Origin: Amoebophrya sp. A120
Taxonomy: Eukaryota; Protista; Dinoflagellata
Assembly: GCA_905178155.1 (NCBI GenBank)
Contig: CAJINV010000005.1
Location: 5,793,754 to 5,857,496, forward strand
Reading direction: 5' to 3'
Length of the DNA stretch: 63,743 nucleotides
In this document: in pieces, positions 48,337 through 60,547 of the stretch
How positions within the stretch are numbered: position 1 is the stretch's first letter
Layout of the letters: every line of letters starts with the position of its first letter
Position numbers and translations under genes: made by a program
The notes under the pieces: generated by a model
The model's input: only the letters and a program-made list of their open reading frames with translations
Told to the model about the DNA's origin: nothing
The model's database searches: none

Positions 48337-49795
48337 GCTCCTAGGCTGCCGATTTGATAACTTCTTGATGCCGACTTTCGCCGCCTCCGCCGAGAGTGAG
48401 CCCTCTGGGGGAAAAACTTTATCTTGCCACCTAAGACGCCGTGTACTTATTTCTCACCGAGGAGCCTGGGGCACTAGATTCCGTTCTTGACAAGAGTCTT
48501 CAACCGAGCTGCTCGCCAGCGGTCCTTGTCTTCTTCGACCGCGTTGATGCTGATAGATCTATCATGATTGCCCGATTGTTCGTCTCGACGCCGCCTCCTT
48601 CATCTGCCTTGCGCAAACAGCGAGTTTAGGCGATAACGGGAAGCCGGTGCGTCGAGCAAGTTCTTTGAAATAATTCGCTACAGCGAGCTGTACATTTTCT
48701 CTAGGAGGGTAAGTTCCGCCGTAAACGTTCTTCAATACTTCAGGATCAGGTAGCAAAGCGAAATAAATTCGAGTAGAAAAAACGCGTAAGGGGTATCATC
48801 TTGCTGGTACGTGTTTCGGTCAGGCTGAGCTTTCCTTTCGAAAACTGACGCACAAGAACGTGGAAGCTACTAGTAGTTCCTCCAATTCCACTCGGGAGAT
48901 GTAGTTAGCGGAGCAATTAATACGGATACTATTGCTGGTGATCCATGCACTTGCTTGATCATGCTTGGCACAGCGAACAGGCTGTTTTTATGTTGCCGGT
49001 ATCAGCAAATCATGACAAAACCAAGCTAAAATCGGAAACTTTTCTCCGAGCAGCAGCGATCTCAGTAGACTCGGAGCTACCATCAAAGTGTTGTCTTTAC
49101 TATAGGCGTCTTCTTGCTACAAATCTGAAACCGACGAGATTCAGAGCTGAAAAAAACGGATCATGTATCACTACAGCTCCTGTAGTAACCGAATACTTTC
49201 CTGATCCTGTATAGTGCCGCGTTAGCATTACCGCTTCGTCTTCGTCGTGTGCCCAGCACTGCTGCGTGAACACAAAATACACAACAGGAGCGGCGTGCTT
49301 ACAATAAAGATGACATTGACCGCATCAAGTCGGGTCGTGTGTTTCAATTGCCGATTATCAATTCCGTTGAAGTTCGCACTTCTTGTTCTTTCGGCGGGGG
49401 GCGGTCAAGAAACTGTTACTTAATTACATAAGTATCAATGTCACTTCTTCAGGTTCACAATCACTTCCTGAAACGCTTGAGAAAAGTGAAAATCCATAGA
49501 GTGGCGCGCAATTCTTATGCAGATCTTGTGAGACATGGGGACAAAGACAAACTAGTTAGAGGTGATGGGGTAGAGAAAGTAGAAATCGTCGTAGAGGAAA
49601 TGGAAAAACACAGATACCTCCTGTAAAGAATGCGATATAAGAATCATAAAAGAGACAGTTTTTAAAGTCCTGTATTTGTTTATGCAGTGTTCGTTCTTAC
49701 GGCTATTACACATTATGCCGAAGGCAGCCGATTCCAAAATTTGCAGCATTACAAAATCTGGCAACTTCTTCAACAAAATGACCAAAATCAGCTTC

Positions 49796-50458
49796 TCATC
49801 GCCCCCGCAGTCCCGAGATGTTTGGCGCCTTCCGTACCATCGGAGCCATGGGCTTCGTCGGATCAAAAGGATCTGCACCCTCGGAAATCCCGCTGTCGCG
49901 AAAGTTCATCGATGAAGTCGACACGACCGATCCCTCGGGCAGTCTGATCTTGGTTTGCCCGACGTCAAACCCTTTGTTCCTCGCCCTATTCGCTTCCGGA
50001 GAGACAACCTGTACCGATACTGTATTAGTATTGCTAAACGCCGTCCTCCGCTCTTGCTCATCGTCGTTATTTGCCGTGAAGCTGATCGGAGCGCCCTGTT
50101 GCGGGATCATGTTACTCCCTTTATTTTCACGAGGACCTCCTGCTCGCGATGGCAAATTTTGCATCGCCGTCTGCGGTCGGGTTGCTCGGACTGCAGCTTG
50201 TGCAGCAGCTCCATTGACCGCTCCATTTGACCCGCCGCCAGTCGTGCGGTTGGTCGGCAGGTAGTTGAATTTCACCTTGCTCCCTGCAGACCGGGCTTGC
50301 TGTTGCTGCCGAACTACGGAGGCCTTGGATAGTGCGGGGGACGCTGCAGCCGACGAGAGACCGTTATTAATACGGGAAGTAGACGAGGGCCCTTGTGCTT
50401 GTCCTGCTCTATTGTTGCCCATGATATTGCCCCCTGCCGTTCCGGTGCGGGAGGCCAC
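49796..50458 (-). CDS. Hypothetical low-complexity exon
   Basis: 220-aa A/G/N/S-rich ORF. Confidence 0.5.
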   Translation of the reverse strand: MASRTGTAGGNIMGNNRAGQAQGPSSTSRINNGLSSAAASPALSKASVVRQQQQARSAGSKVKFNYLPTNRTTGGGSNGAVNGAAAQAAVRATRPQTAMQNLPSRAGGPRENKGSNMIPQQGAPISFTANNDDEQERRTAFSNTNTVSVQVVSPEANRARNKGFDVGQTKIRLPEGSVVSTSSMNFRDSGISEGADPFDPTKPMAPMVRKAPNISGLRGR

Positions 50459-50696
50459 GCTGGCTTCATGCTCCTGGGGGGCAGAAGACCTGAGGAAGTA
50501 AAAAATTTTTAGTTTTCTCTGATTGATAAAAGTTATTTACCACTTCGAGAGAACAAGCTGACGCCAAGCTAGGTGCTTGGCGTCTTCAGGCTAACAGCGC
50601 CTCACCAGATTCAAGCACGAGGATATTGAGAAGAACACGAGGCGGACTACTTCAAAACCGCAGTTTGAGCAGCACGGCGTCAACTTTATACACGTT

Positions 50697-51520
50697 TTAC
50701 CTGTTGATTCCATCAAATCCCGCGGAAGCAGCTCCCGGGGCATCTTGGTGCTGCCCTCCGGCGGTAGTGGTTGGCACGGCATGGGCGTGCGGATGCTGCC
50801 AAGAAGGATAAGCCGTGGACAATTCCACACTATTCACGTTAGTGACACCGTTAGCACCAGCACTATGACCATGGTGCTCAAGCCCTGCTCCACCAACGTT
50901 TTTACTGTGTAAATGCACCGCTTTCTCAATGTGTTGATGCACGTTGACCGCCGCGGATCCGAACAAAGTGGCATTACCGCCGGCATTGTTTATTCCCGCA
51001 TTTCCACCCGCATTTCTCTCAAACTGCAATTCCGCGGACGGACTAAGCCCCCTAGACGCTACTAACGCCTTTCGCATCAACAAGAAGTTATCGACTTCCG
51101 GCTCTAAGCTGTTCGCTTTCACCACCCGCATGCCGAGAGATAATTCTAGCCGTTCTTGATCCACGATGGCGTTCGCTTTTTTGGTCCGTTCCAATTTGTG
51201 CTTCAAAATTTTCAGCTCACTCGCCTTTCTCGTGTTTTTTTCGCCGAAAGTGTGTTTCGTTTCGTTCACCTTCATATGCATTGCAAAAGTATCGTACTCG
51301 TATAAACGCATGACAAATTTCTTCAGCATGAGAGATAAAATTTGTAATGCGGATTTACCTTAAAAAGAAGATTTGTAATGCATGATTGCAATACGAGTAC
51401 GATACTTTTGCACAGGATACTTCTTCGCGAGGAGTTCGATTTCTTCCTCGATTTGCTCCTCCTTCTCGAGCAGTTGCTCCAACTCGATTTGCATGTCGGG
51501 GAGTTCCTGTTGCTCCAGAT
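50697..51520 (-). CDS. Coiled-coil protein exons joined across introner 51275-51419
   Basis: IELEQLLEKEEQIEEEIELLAKK-VNETKHTFGEK..LKHKLER in frame. Confidence 0.65.
51275..51419. mobile_element. Introner family A
   Basis: TIRs; TSD CTTCA/CTTCT. Confidence 0.9.
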
Positions 51521-51742
51521 GATGGATTATGCAACACAAATTTATTCCCGTACATGTACCATATGCATGACAATAAACTTCGCTGAAAACTTGGAGCGTC
51601 AAAGTTGGCATGCTGACCAAGATTGAAGGCAAGTTTTGTCATGCAGAAGCAGCATTTGTACGTATACGGGAAATTATTTACTGTGGATATGGATCTCCTG
51701 CTGAATTTGTTTCACCTGGTGCTGGAGTGTTAGAAAAGACTG

Positions 51743-52064
51743 TATCAAAATGAAAAATCCTCCCACCCCATATCAAAACGGAAATTTGTGATGCTGATTT
51801 GGGGCCACAAATCAGCTTTGTATTGCAGAGAGGCACTGCGGCCAGGACCCCAGGCTAGGTAGAGGCGCACGTGTCTAGCTGTTCAGCATGGCAAACGACT
51901 CCCCTTTAGGCCCAGCAGCATGGCAAATTGCTTTCATAATGGGGCGGAAGCTTCTGCCCTTGTCTTCTTGCAAGACAGATGTGATTTGTGACCTCAAATC
52001 CGCAACACAAATTTTTCTAAACTTACCTTTTCAATATGGGGAGGGGGGATTTTTCCTCTCAATA
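51743..52064. mobile_element. Introner family C (322 bp)
   Basis: TSD GACTG; inverted same-length relative at 60636-60957. Confidence 0.92.
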
Positions 52065-53860
52065 GACTGCTGCTGCTGCTCCTTGTTTGATCCGGAGGAG
52101 GAGGAACGGCGACGAGCACCTTGGAGGGGGGAGGAGTTGTGGTGGGCGTCTTGAATATCGCCAGCACTGTCTAAATCTTGGTCTTGGGCAAGCACGTTCT
52201 GGGCGCGCATCGTCCGGGCACCTGTTTTCGCGCGCACAGCGTGGCTATGTCCGGCAGCGGGGGACGCGAGTTGGTGTTGCTGGCGGTGGAGCATGATTTT
52301 TTACTTATTCTCTTGATGGAGAACGGGGGTGTAGAATACTTCACTGCCTCCAATTGCTTCACAATCGCGGGGGCTTTGCTTCTATCGTTCACACTGGAGA
52401 AGTAGAAGTAGTAGTACTAGCGGTACTAGTTGCAAGTTTATCGTCAAGGCAGATCTACTAGAGGAATGTGTGCGAATTTTGTGTAATTATCAAAGTAGAG
52501 GGGGGAAGAAGTACTTAAACGAAAGAAGGACTTGAATTCCTCCGGATAAGGTGCCTTTACGTCAAAGTAGGTCTTGGGAAATGTGAGAATCTGTGACAAC
52601 GAATAAATGTGGTTGTGTCCTCGTCTGGGTCTAGCTTGTTCGCTAAAGGGCTGGGCTTCTTATGGTCGACTACCTTACTCTTCGAAAACTGAGACTTGAA
52701 TTTGATTGTTTGTAGGTGGGCATAGCAACGGATAGGAGTACATACGCCACGCCAGGCGGAAGCTAACGGTCTGCTGATCATCCGCGACGAAGATCCTAAG
52801 GGCGGACGTCGAAAACAGGAGTTACACGACAAGAACGACGAGCTGGTAGATCGTGTACTAGTAGCATCAAAGTCTAGAGAATACTTAAATGACTACGGAA
52901 AGTAGGACGAACATTGTAAGTACTACGCAATCACGACAAGAATGAACGATGCACGATGAACGTGAACGTACGACCACGAAAGAGTCAACAGGTGTGGTGA
53001 ATGGGAAAAACAAGCTTTGGGGGCTCACGCTGGACGTACAGGCACGATGAAAGTCCGCTGATGTGACTGCCCACATACCGAAAACGAATGATGCAACACC
53101 GAGCTAAATGGACGCAGCAGGCCGTGCAACTACAACAATAACAAAAGCACCACATTATAGCCCAAAAAGAACATCTGGCTATGGCTGATCGTTTACCTCC
53201 GATTAAGGGCGGCCTCCAGGAGCATGCTTGCTTTTCCTTTTCGCATGTTTGAAGTCGTAGCGACTGCTCCGTCAAGTAAGTCCAGCGCAAATCGTCCGAA
53301 AAGCAAACAGGATGAAGATTCCTCTCTTGTTTTCCTTCATCTTTCACTTTCTTTTCTTTTTGCGCTGCGCTCTACTTCAGTGAGGGTTACTCGGGCAGAA
53401 CTACAGTTTGACTTTGGGGGTTATAATACTTTGCAAACAAAATAATACGGACGCGGGACATCTTGTTGTAAAGGAAGCAACGCACGAATTCTGGCCCGGA
53501 AAAGGGATACTTTTCCTCCATTTTACGACAATACCAGCTGCGATAAAAATTGCAATCTTTTTATGACATCAGCAACAAACTTTAGCTTTGTTTGCTGCCC
53601 TCTTTTTCTTTGTTCTCGGAATTGTGATGCGACTATCTAAAAAATAAAAAGCCTTAAATAACATGGTAGAAAGCAAAACACCGCCCAACAACTATTTGTT
53701 CTAGCAGAGAGGGCAAAAGGTTGTAATAAGAGCCGACTTGGTGTGTCGAAGCTCTTCTTCGTGTTCTTTGATGTATTCGAAACACAAACAAGTAAAGTAA
53801 AACCACCAACAAGCTACAATACTAGGCGCGATTCATCCACGTCTTTGTCCTCCCGCCCGT

Positions 53861-55824
53861 TCACGCCTGGGCCGCCGCGGCCACCTATCCTGTGCAAAAG
53901 TATCGTATTGCATTTATGCATTACAAATCTCTTTCTCAAGGTAAATCAGCATTACAAATTAAATTTGTAATGCTGGGGGAATTTGTAATGCATTTATACG
54001 AATACGATGCTTTTGCAATTCATACCACCGCCGCGCCGCCCATGCAGAAGCAGAACACGATTATGCAATGCAAAAGCATCGTACTCGTACGAATTGTAAC
54101 CATGCATTACAAATCTTAGTCCTTAGCCAAATCAGCATTACAAGTTGCATTTTTGTTCTTGGAAAAATTTGTCATGCAATGACTACTAGAACTAGTACGA
54201 TACTTTTGCAATGCATAACGATGACGCCAATGCAACAGAGAAGAGGGATCAGGGTGAGCCAAATGATCATGCAGTAGCACTGGTAGGCCAACGCTTCGAC
54301 GCTGGCGTTCCACGCGTCGAGCGCCGCGATGTACTCCGGGTCATTGACGTATGGATGTGTCAGGATTGAAATCGACAAAGTTGAAATGATTTGCCATGCA
54401 TAAAATGCAAGGCATGCAGTGCCTGTGTTGCCGGGATGGCGAGTGAGGCAGATTGTGAGCCTATTTAAGAAGCACGACAAAAGCAGTCTTCTGTGCCCAA
54501 ACAGCATGACAAATTGGATTTCGGTGCGCCGAAAATTTGTCATGCGCCGCTTGGAAATTGGTCTTCCAACTGGTAGCCATGTTATGCATGGCAAATCATT
54601 TCAACTTTGTCGATTTCAAACCTGACGCTTCCATATCACGCCAAGTGCGTAAGCACTCGGGTCGGGTTCCGTCTTGGCGAGCAAGGTGTCACCATCGATA
54701 ACCGCATCAACATCCGAGTCAGCACGAAGATGCTTTTTGTTTTGCACAACTGCTGTCGAACTCTTCGCACCTTCGGCGGTTTCATGCTTCTATCATGCGG
54801 AAAAAAAGAAAAACCGTCCCCACCTCCGCAGAGCTGTGGCCATGCACATTTCGATTTATTGCAACTAGTGGAACTGGAACACTTGTAAAAATGCGCATGC
54901 TCCCACGACCTATGAGACGAGGCATTTCTGGTTGTGTGTTGGTACTATATGCTGTAAACAGGACATTTGATCATGCGGCCGTCGGTGCTAAGAAAAGGAC
55001 CAGCACCACTGTGGTGCGCGACTCTCACAAGCACTTGGTGATCTTTTGCGCTGCAGATTTGTTCCCATTATGAACACTCTGATCGTGTGGGGACGGCGCT
55101 TTTAAACATTTTACACAGGATAGCTTTTGCCCCATAATCATCGTCGCCAGCGCCTGCTGCTCCTGCAAGTTCTTTTTCGCTTTGTTCATGGACAAAACCT
55201 TGCTCATATCAAAGAAAAAAGTGTCAACGTTAAAAACGGTTTTCACAGATTGCAGCTATGCATGACAAGTTTTGCCTAGCATGCGTGCTATGCAATACAA
55301 ATTGAAATTTGGCCAGCTTTTCTGATGCATTTAGCATTACTGCATCACAAATTAATTTCGTTAACATTAACAGTTTTTCCAGGGATAGCTCACGACATTC
55401 ACACTTTCCTTGTTCGACGCGCCCAGTTTTTTTGTCCCAGCCCGACCAGCTTTGTTCATCGCTTCTTCAACAGCCGTTTTCTTCGTAGCCGTCGCGTGGG
55501 AGTGGTCCAAGACGAGTTTGGATGTACCCATAGACATATGCAGTGCAAAAGTATCGCACTCGTATAAATTGCATGACAAATTTGCTCAGCACTACAAATG
55601 AAACTTCTCATGCTGATTTACCTTGAGATAAAGATTTGTAATGCATCATGACTGCAAGAATTACGACGAGTACGATACTTTTGCACAGGATAAGACAGCG
55701 CATTGGCGGTGCCGAGGAAATGTTGAGAGGTTCCACCCGCGATCGCGAGGAGCAAGAACAGTCGCCTTGACGAAGAGCAACTGGATGCAACCGCGGAGAA
55801 AAACGTCGCGGGTAATAAAGCCAT
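53861..55824 (-). CDS. Small membrane protein (~227 aa): hydrophobic N-terminus, C-terminal Cys-rich TM helix; six introners
   Basis: All six joins in frame (684 nt); ends EPDPSAYALGVNDPEY..CYCMIIWLTLIPLLCCIGVIVFCFCMGGAAVAAAAQA*. Confidence 0.8.
53886..54024. mobile_element. Introner family A
   Basis: TIRs; TSD CCACC. Confidence 0.92.
54062..54217. mobile_element. Introner family A
   Basis: TIRs; TSD ACGAT. Confidence 0.92.
54350..54635. mobile_element. Introner family H
   Basis: ~54-bp TIR; TSD TGACG/TCACG. Confidence 0.9.
54791..55122. mobile_element. Aged family-E introner
   Basis: CGTCCCCAC / GTGGGGACG; TSD GCTTC/GCTTT; join MGQK-HETAEG. Confidence 0.8.
55207..55387. mobile_element. 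Introner, distinct TIR (TATC...GAAAAA.TGTYAAYGTTAA)
   Basis: TSD GCTCA; join NVVS-KVLSM. Confidence 0.85.
55537..55692. mobile_element. Introner family A
   Basis: TIRs; TSD AGACA. Confidence 0.92.
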
Positions 55825-56913
55825 GGTTTCTTAATTTTCTATTGTGCAGGAGAAGGACGACGGGGTGCGCTTTGTTTTTTCGAAATTTTTCCTGAGTGTT
55901 TCAAAAAAGCTTGGACTTCCGGGAAAGGGAGGAGGGACTACAACGGTGAAGTAGACAAGACCCTGTCAATATTGGTACATGACGAAGCATCTTCGCGGAC
56001 GAGAAACATCACGCTGTTGATACTTAGCAACACCTCCATATCATTTTTGCAGTGGTGGCACACGAGGACGAGCCGACAACAAACGAGAACCGACGAAAAC
56101 GCAACTGTGCAGAGGGGCAAAATTAAAATTTCCTTCGGTAGCACGACTACAGAGCAGGATGAAAACATGTTGGAGGTCACCTTCGCCCGACCTTTCATAC
56201 AACGAATCTTCAAACGGCTCTAACTCTATTAGAAGCGAAGAACGCGAAGTTGTACGAAAATGAAAAGAACGAACCGAATTCATGCGCTTTCTTCTGGTTT
56301 TCTGTAGTTACCATACTGACGCTGACGAGGATTTGAAATTGGCGATCATCTGACAAAAAAAAATGCAGTTTCCTATTTGGACGAGACGGTGATGCCTGTG
56401 AACAGAAGTTCAGGTCTGCTTTCCGAGTCGCTATCGAGGCGTGTCAAGGCAAATTATGCCTGCCTGGCACGAGTTGTCAAAGCTGACCTCACAAAGAAAA
56501 AGAATTAGAAATATCGTACTGATGTTTGCTCACAAATAAATCCGGATGTTTCATCTGTTGATGAAAGCAAGAACTCATCTTCATGTTGACCGCGGCGGTC
56601 ATGCGGATATGTTCATGGAATTAAAAAGCACTTTGATGTTCGGAAGGAAACCAATCTCGTCAGAAGGAAGAATAGAGACAAGAAAGTCGAGAAAGCTCTG
56701 TAATGTCGTGTAGCAAATGCAAATGCACTTGCTACGATGATAATGAAAATAACTATCTGATGTAAGACCGTCATTCACTTTCAGTTCTGCAAGATACTGA
56801 AGGTTCGTAAATTTATCCAATGAAAATAAAGCGGAAACAGAAACAAATTTAGGAATAAGTGGCTGCGGATATTAGAAGAAACTACAGCTCTTATTCAGAC
56901 ACCGCCTTCACGT

Positions 56914-58469
56914 TCACCCCCGCGGACAACACGAGGCAAGAGTGCAAAGGTATGCATTGCAAAAGCATGATCGCGCTGCGATGTAGTAATCGCATTTACA
57001 ACACAACAAGCTCGACAAACGAAATCTGTCATGCTTATTCACCTTGATGGAAAGGCGATTGGGATTGCGATTACTACGAGCGCGACATTACCTTTGCACA
57101 GGATAAACAACAGCACAAGACGATCCCGATAATAATCAGGAGGGGGATCGTATCCATCGGAAATATTATTTCCCGCACACGTACAAAATATTCCGTAAGT
57201 ATCTGCATGACAATAACGGGTTTCCTGCAAACCTATTCAGTATGACAAATGGCATGCGGGGTCAAGTTCAAGTTGCTGCTGCTGGGAAAATGAGAAATTC
57301 AAATTTGTGAGGCATTTTTACTAATGTGTACGTGTGCGGCAAATTTTTATTTGTAGTCCATAGACCGCAACAACGGTAATGATGATGGCGTAGCAGCAGC
57401 AAGCGGCTGCCTTGACTTTTTCGTCGAATTTTTCCTTCGCCTCGATGTAATCCGGATCATCTATCAGAGTGCACAACTCCCCCTCCCCCTCATTTGCTTT
57501 TGCATGTTGGCATCAACAGCATTACAAACACCAGAACAGGTGGACCCTGTGCATGACAAGTTCATGTGGCGGGTGTGTAGTACTGTTTGGCTTTGGACTT
57601 CCGGAATTTGTCATGCACACTGCGCCACAAAGCAGCAACTGGATTGGTGTTCTTGCGTGACAAATGAAGGGAAGGAGAACGGGGAGTTGTGCACTGTCAT
57701 ATCATCCTCGCCCTTCGGATAATCAGAAGGATCCGGCTCCTGCAGGTGGAGGTTTTTGCGTATCCCGTGTAAAAACGTTCCCACCTGAGAGCTGTCATGC
57801 AGATTTGCAATGACAAGAACATTTGTGATGCGCAGCCCCATGTTGTTGACAGGCATTTCCTATCGTGTTTTGGAATTTCTAATGCTGCGAACAGAGTAAT
57901 CAGCTGGGTTTGTCGTGATGCGGCTGTCCTTGCTAACCTGCACTACATTACGGGTCATGCGTGACTAACAAAGCTTCTAGGTTTCTGTTGCAAAATCCCC
58001 ATCTTGACTCGTCTGGGGTGGGGACGCAGCTTTTCCTCAGGATATTGCGCAAGTCTTCACTATTCACCGTGAAAGTTACACCGGGTCGTCGACGCTTATG
58101 AACTGCAAAAGTATCGCACTCGTACTAAATTGCGTTTACGCATTACAAATCTGTTTTTTAAGGCAAATCCGCATTACAAATTGAATTTGTAAAAATGCTG
58201 AGTCCATTTTTGTAATGCAATTTATACTAGTACGATACTTGCTTTTGCAATGCATATCGCTCCTCCTCGTCGTCGTTCCCACCAGTCGCCTGGAAGGTAC
58301 CCACCGCAAGTTGGATCCGCTCCCCCAAGGTGAGACGGGTGCGGTGATGTACCATCGTGCCCGTGTTCGTCGCGGTGGAAGTCTTCTTCAGGACTTTGGT
58401 TTGATGTTCCTGATAGAGTTTATTTTGCCGTTGCAAGCTAATTCCATTTTTTGAAATAAGTAGGTACAA
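56914..58469 (-). CDS. Paralog of 53861-55824; small Cys-rich TM protein with five introners
   Basis: In-frame joins give QEPDPSDYPKGEDDPDY..CCCYAIIITVVAVPLLIIIGIVLCC..; 5' end uncertain. Confidence 0.78.
56951..57105. mobile_element. Aged family-A introner
   Basis: TATGCATTGCAAAAG..TTTGCACAGGATA; TSD eroded (AAAGG/AACAA). Confidence 0.75.
57151..57362. mobile_element. Introner family I
   Basis: CCGCACACGTAC / GTACGTGTGCGG TIR core; TSD GATCG/GACCG. Confidence 0.85.
57462..57701. mobile_element. Introner family D
   Basis: TIRs; TSD TCATC. Confidence 0.92.
57761..58044. mobile_element. Introner family E
   Basis: TIRs; TSD TTGCG. Confidence 0.9.
58097..58256. mobile_element. Introner family A
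   Basis: TIRs; TSD ACGCT/TCGCT. Confidence 0.9.
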
Positions 58470-58741
58470 AACAACCGAACAGAAATGAAAAACTCATGCT
58501 GGATGATGATGTCGACCTCGACGTCCCTAGCCATTTTCAATCATAAGGAATAAGCAGTTTATGCAGGTTATTTCGCAGAGTATGTTCTTTTACTTACCTG
58601 AGTGACGAGATCCATGCTCACCCTCACGGCATGAGCAAACAAAGTCTATCCGAATGAAAAAAATCTTGTCCTTCCCACGACCTCAAAACTGAAATCCCCT
58701 TGTTTCCACTTCCAGCCATTCCATGCATAATGCGCTATACA

Positions 58742-59211
58742 TCAAACCCCACGCAGCGCAGCCTTCATGGAATTGGAGATGATTTCTTTCTCTACTGCAA
58801 AAGCAGCTGGTCGAAAGATGAAAAGTGACGATCGCGAGCAAGAAGATTTTTTCACCTGGGATACAGCGCAATTCATGCCCATTCCCGCCACGACCTATCA
58901 AATGCAAAAGTGTCTGGGTCTGGAAACTTGTGATGCTGGGCGGCGTCTCATGATGAGGCCACAAATGCTGGCTCAGCATGGCAAGTTTCTGAGCTTCTAG
59001 GTGTTGCCTATTCTGCATGACAAACTGCGTTCCAGCATCACAGAAAGATGGAGCTCTTGGGTAACGTGCATGACAGGTCTAAGAGTCATGCCAGACAAGC
59101 ATGACAAATATGCATTCTTCCAGACCCAGACACTTTTACATTTGATACGATCGCACTGAGCATGATCTTCCGGAAGGCGGAAGATGTCGAGAAGGAGAAA
59201 GACGGCACCAT
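58742..59211 (-). CDS. Short signal-peptide-like ORF, possibly the 5' exons of the 56914-58469 gene
   Basis: MVPSFSFSTSSAFRKIMLSAI-VAGMGMNCAVSQ after excising 58896-59147. Confidence 0.45.
58896..59147. mobile_element. Introner family B
   Basis: TIRs; TSD CGACC/CGATC; inverted near-copy of 16787-17040. Confidence 0.92.
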
Positions 59212-60547
59212 TTTTGTTGACAAGAGTCGACTTTATTTGCCGCCCCTGCAGTTTTTCTTGTTTTACTTTGACTTAATATTTCCCGTAATGTTTCAGGTTC
59301 TTCGCGTTGCTAGTCGTGGTCGTCGCTCCAGGCAGCTGCTCTTCTACTTGCTGGACGGTGGAGGAGGTCGCTCCTCTTTGGCTCCGGCGGAGTGTGCTTA
59401 TGATCAAGAATTGAGTTGTAAAAAATCAAAAACAAACTTGACTTCTACTGTGTTCGAGGAAAAGCGCAGTTTCCTAGTTTGCAGAGACGAGACTTGCAAG
59501 AAATGAGTGTCTCGTTACTAGTACTCAGAGCGGGCACAAATCCAAAGGAGGTTCTAGTGCTCGTACGAGTTGCACAGTAAAAGAAGAAACTCAAACTACT
59601 CTGTCAGCAATTGAGTTTAAGTGGCACATCAATCACATCCTGTTCATGAGCATCCAAATACAAAGAGATGAAGCCAGACGATCATCTTCACTGAGTTGCA
59701 GCGATAAAATGCAACTATAGCTGCAGACCGCTTGGTTTTTTCGAAACTACACACAGAAAAATCCACATCAACGAAACCGAAGCCGTACATGCGAAAAGTG
59801 GAACCGAAGAACCGCGATTGCTGCAATACGTGTTGCTGTTGACATCAAAGGAGGCGAATGGTGTGTACTTACACATTTCGACCGAAGGTGATTTTTTATT
59901 TTTTCACACAGACCACTTCTCTTCAACTTAATGAAACGGCTCCAACACCACCGAGCAGACCAAAGGGCCAGTTTGTGCGGACCGAGAAAGATTACCATTA
60001 CACGGACGACATCGTGGCGAGGTAGGAAAAGCGGGTTAGTAAGTACAAAGACGACCGACAACGTATGAAGAGTGTGCTTGTGTATTTTCAAAAGAAGAAC
60101 AGGACCGACCGCGACCCCAGTTAGGGGACATCCACAATTCTAATCATCCTGTATCACAAAAAAGAGTCAATAGCTCGTCAAAGATAGTGTCGAAACATCA
60201 TGCGGGGGGGCCACTGCTCATCTACTAGTCATGACATAAACATTTTCTTTTTGTTGGTGGAAAGCAAAAGGAAATAAAATTGTTGAGCGAAAAAAGAAAG
60301 TCAATGCTCGACGTCCTTGATGCAAATAGAAATCGGTGCTGTCAGGTTGAATGTAGTTATCACAAAGCGAAAGCTTGTTATTAAGAACAAAATCGGGTTC
60401 AAGACGAGAAAAAATTCTTCAGGAATCGAACTAGTACTTAAAAAGGGCACGACTAGATCACGGTGGAAACAGATTTAGTTGTAGAACCTCCTCCACCTTG
60501 TCTATACTATCACAGCGATGTTGGTTGTTGAGCAGCCCCCCTTAGCC

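Noticed and set aside
3291-59018. Recurrent short ORFs with peptides such as CKSIVLV, YEYDTFA, KCKSVWVWK and GEGGFF
   Set aside because: They are translations of TIR sequences, not a protein family
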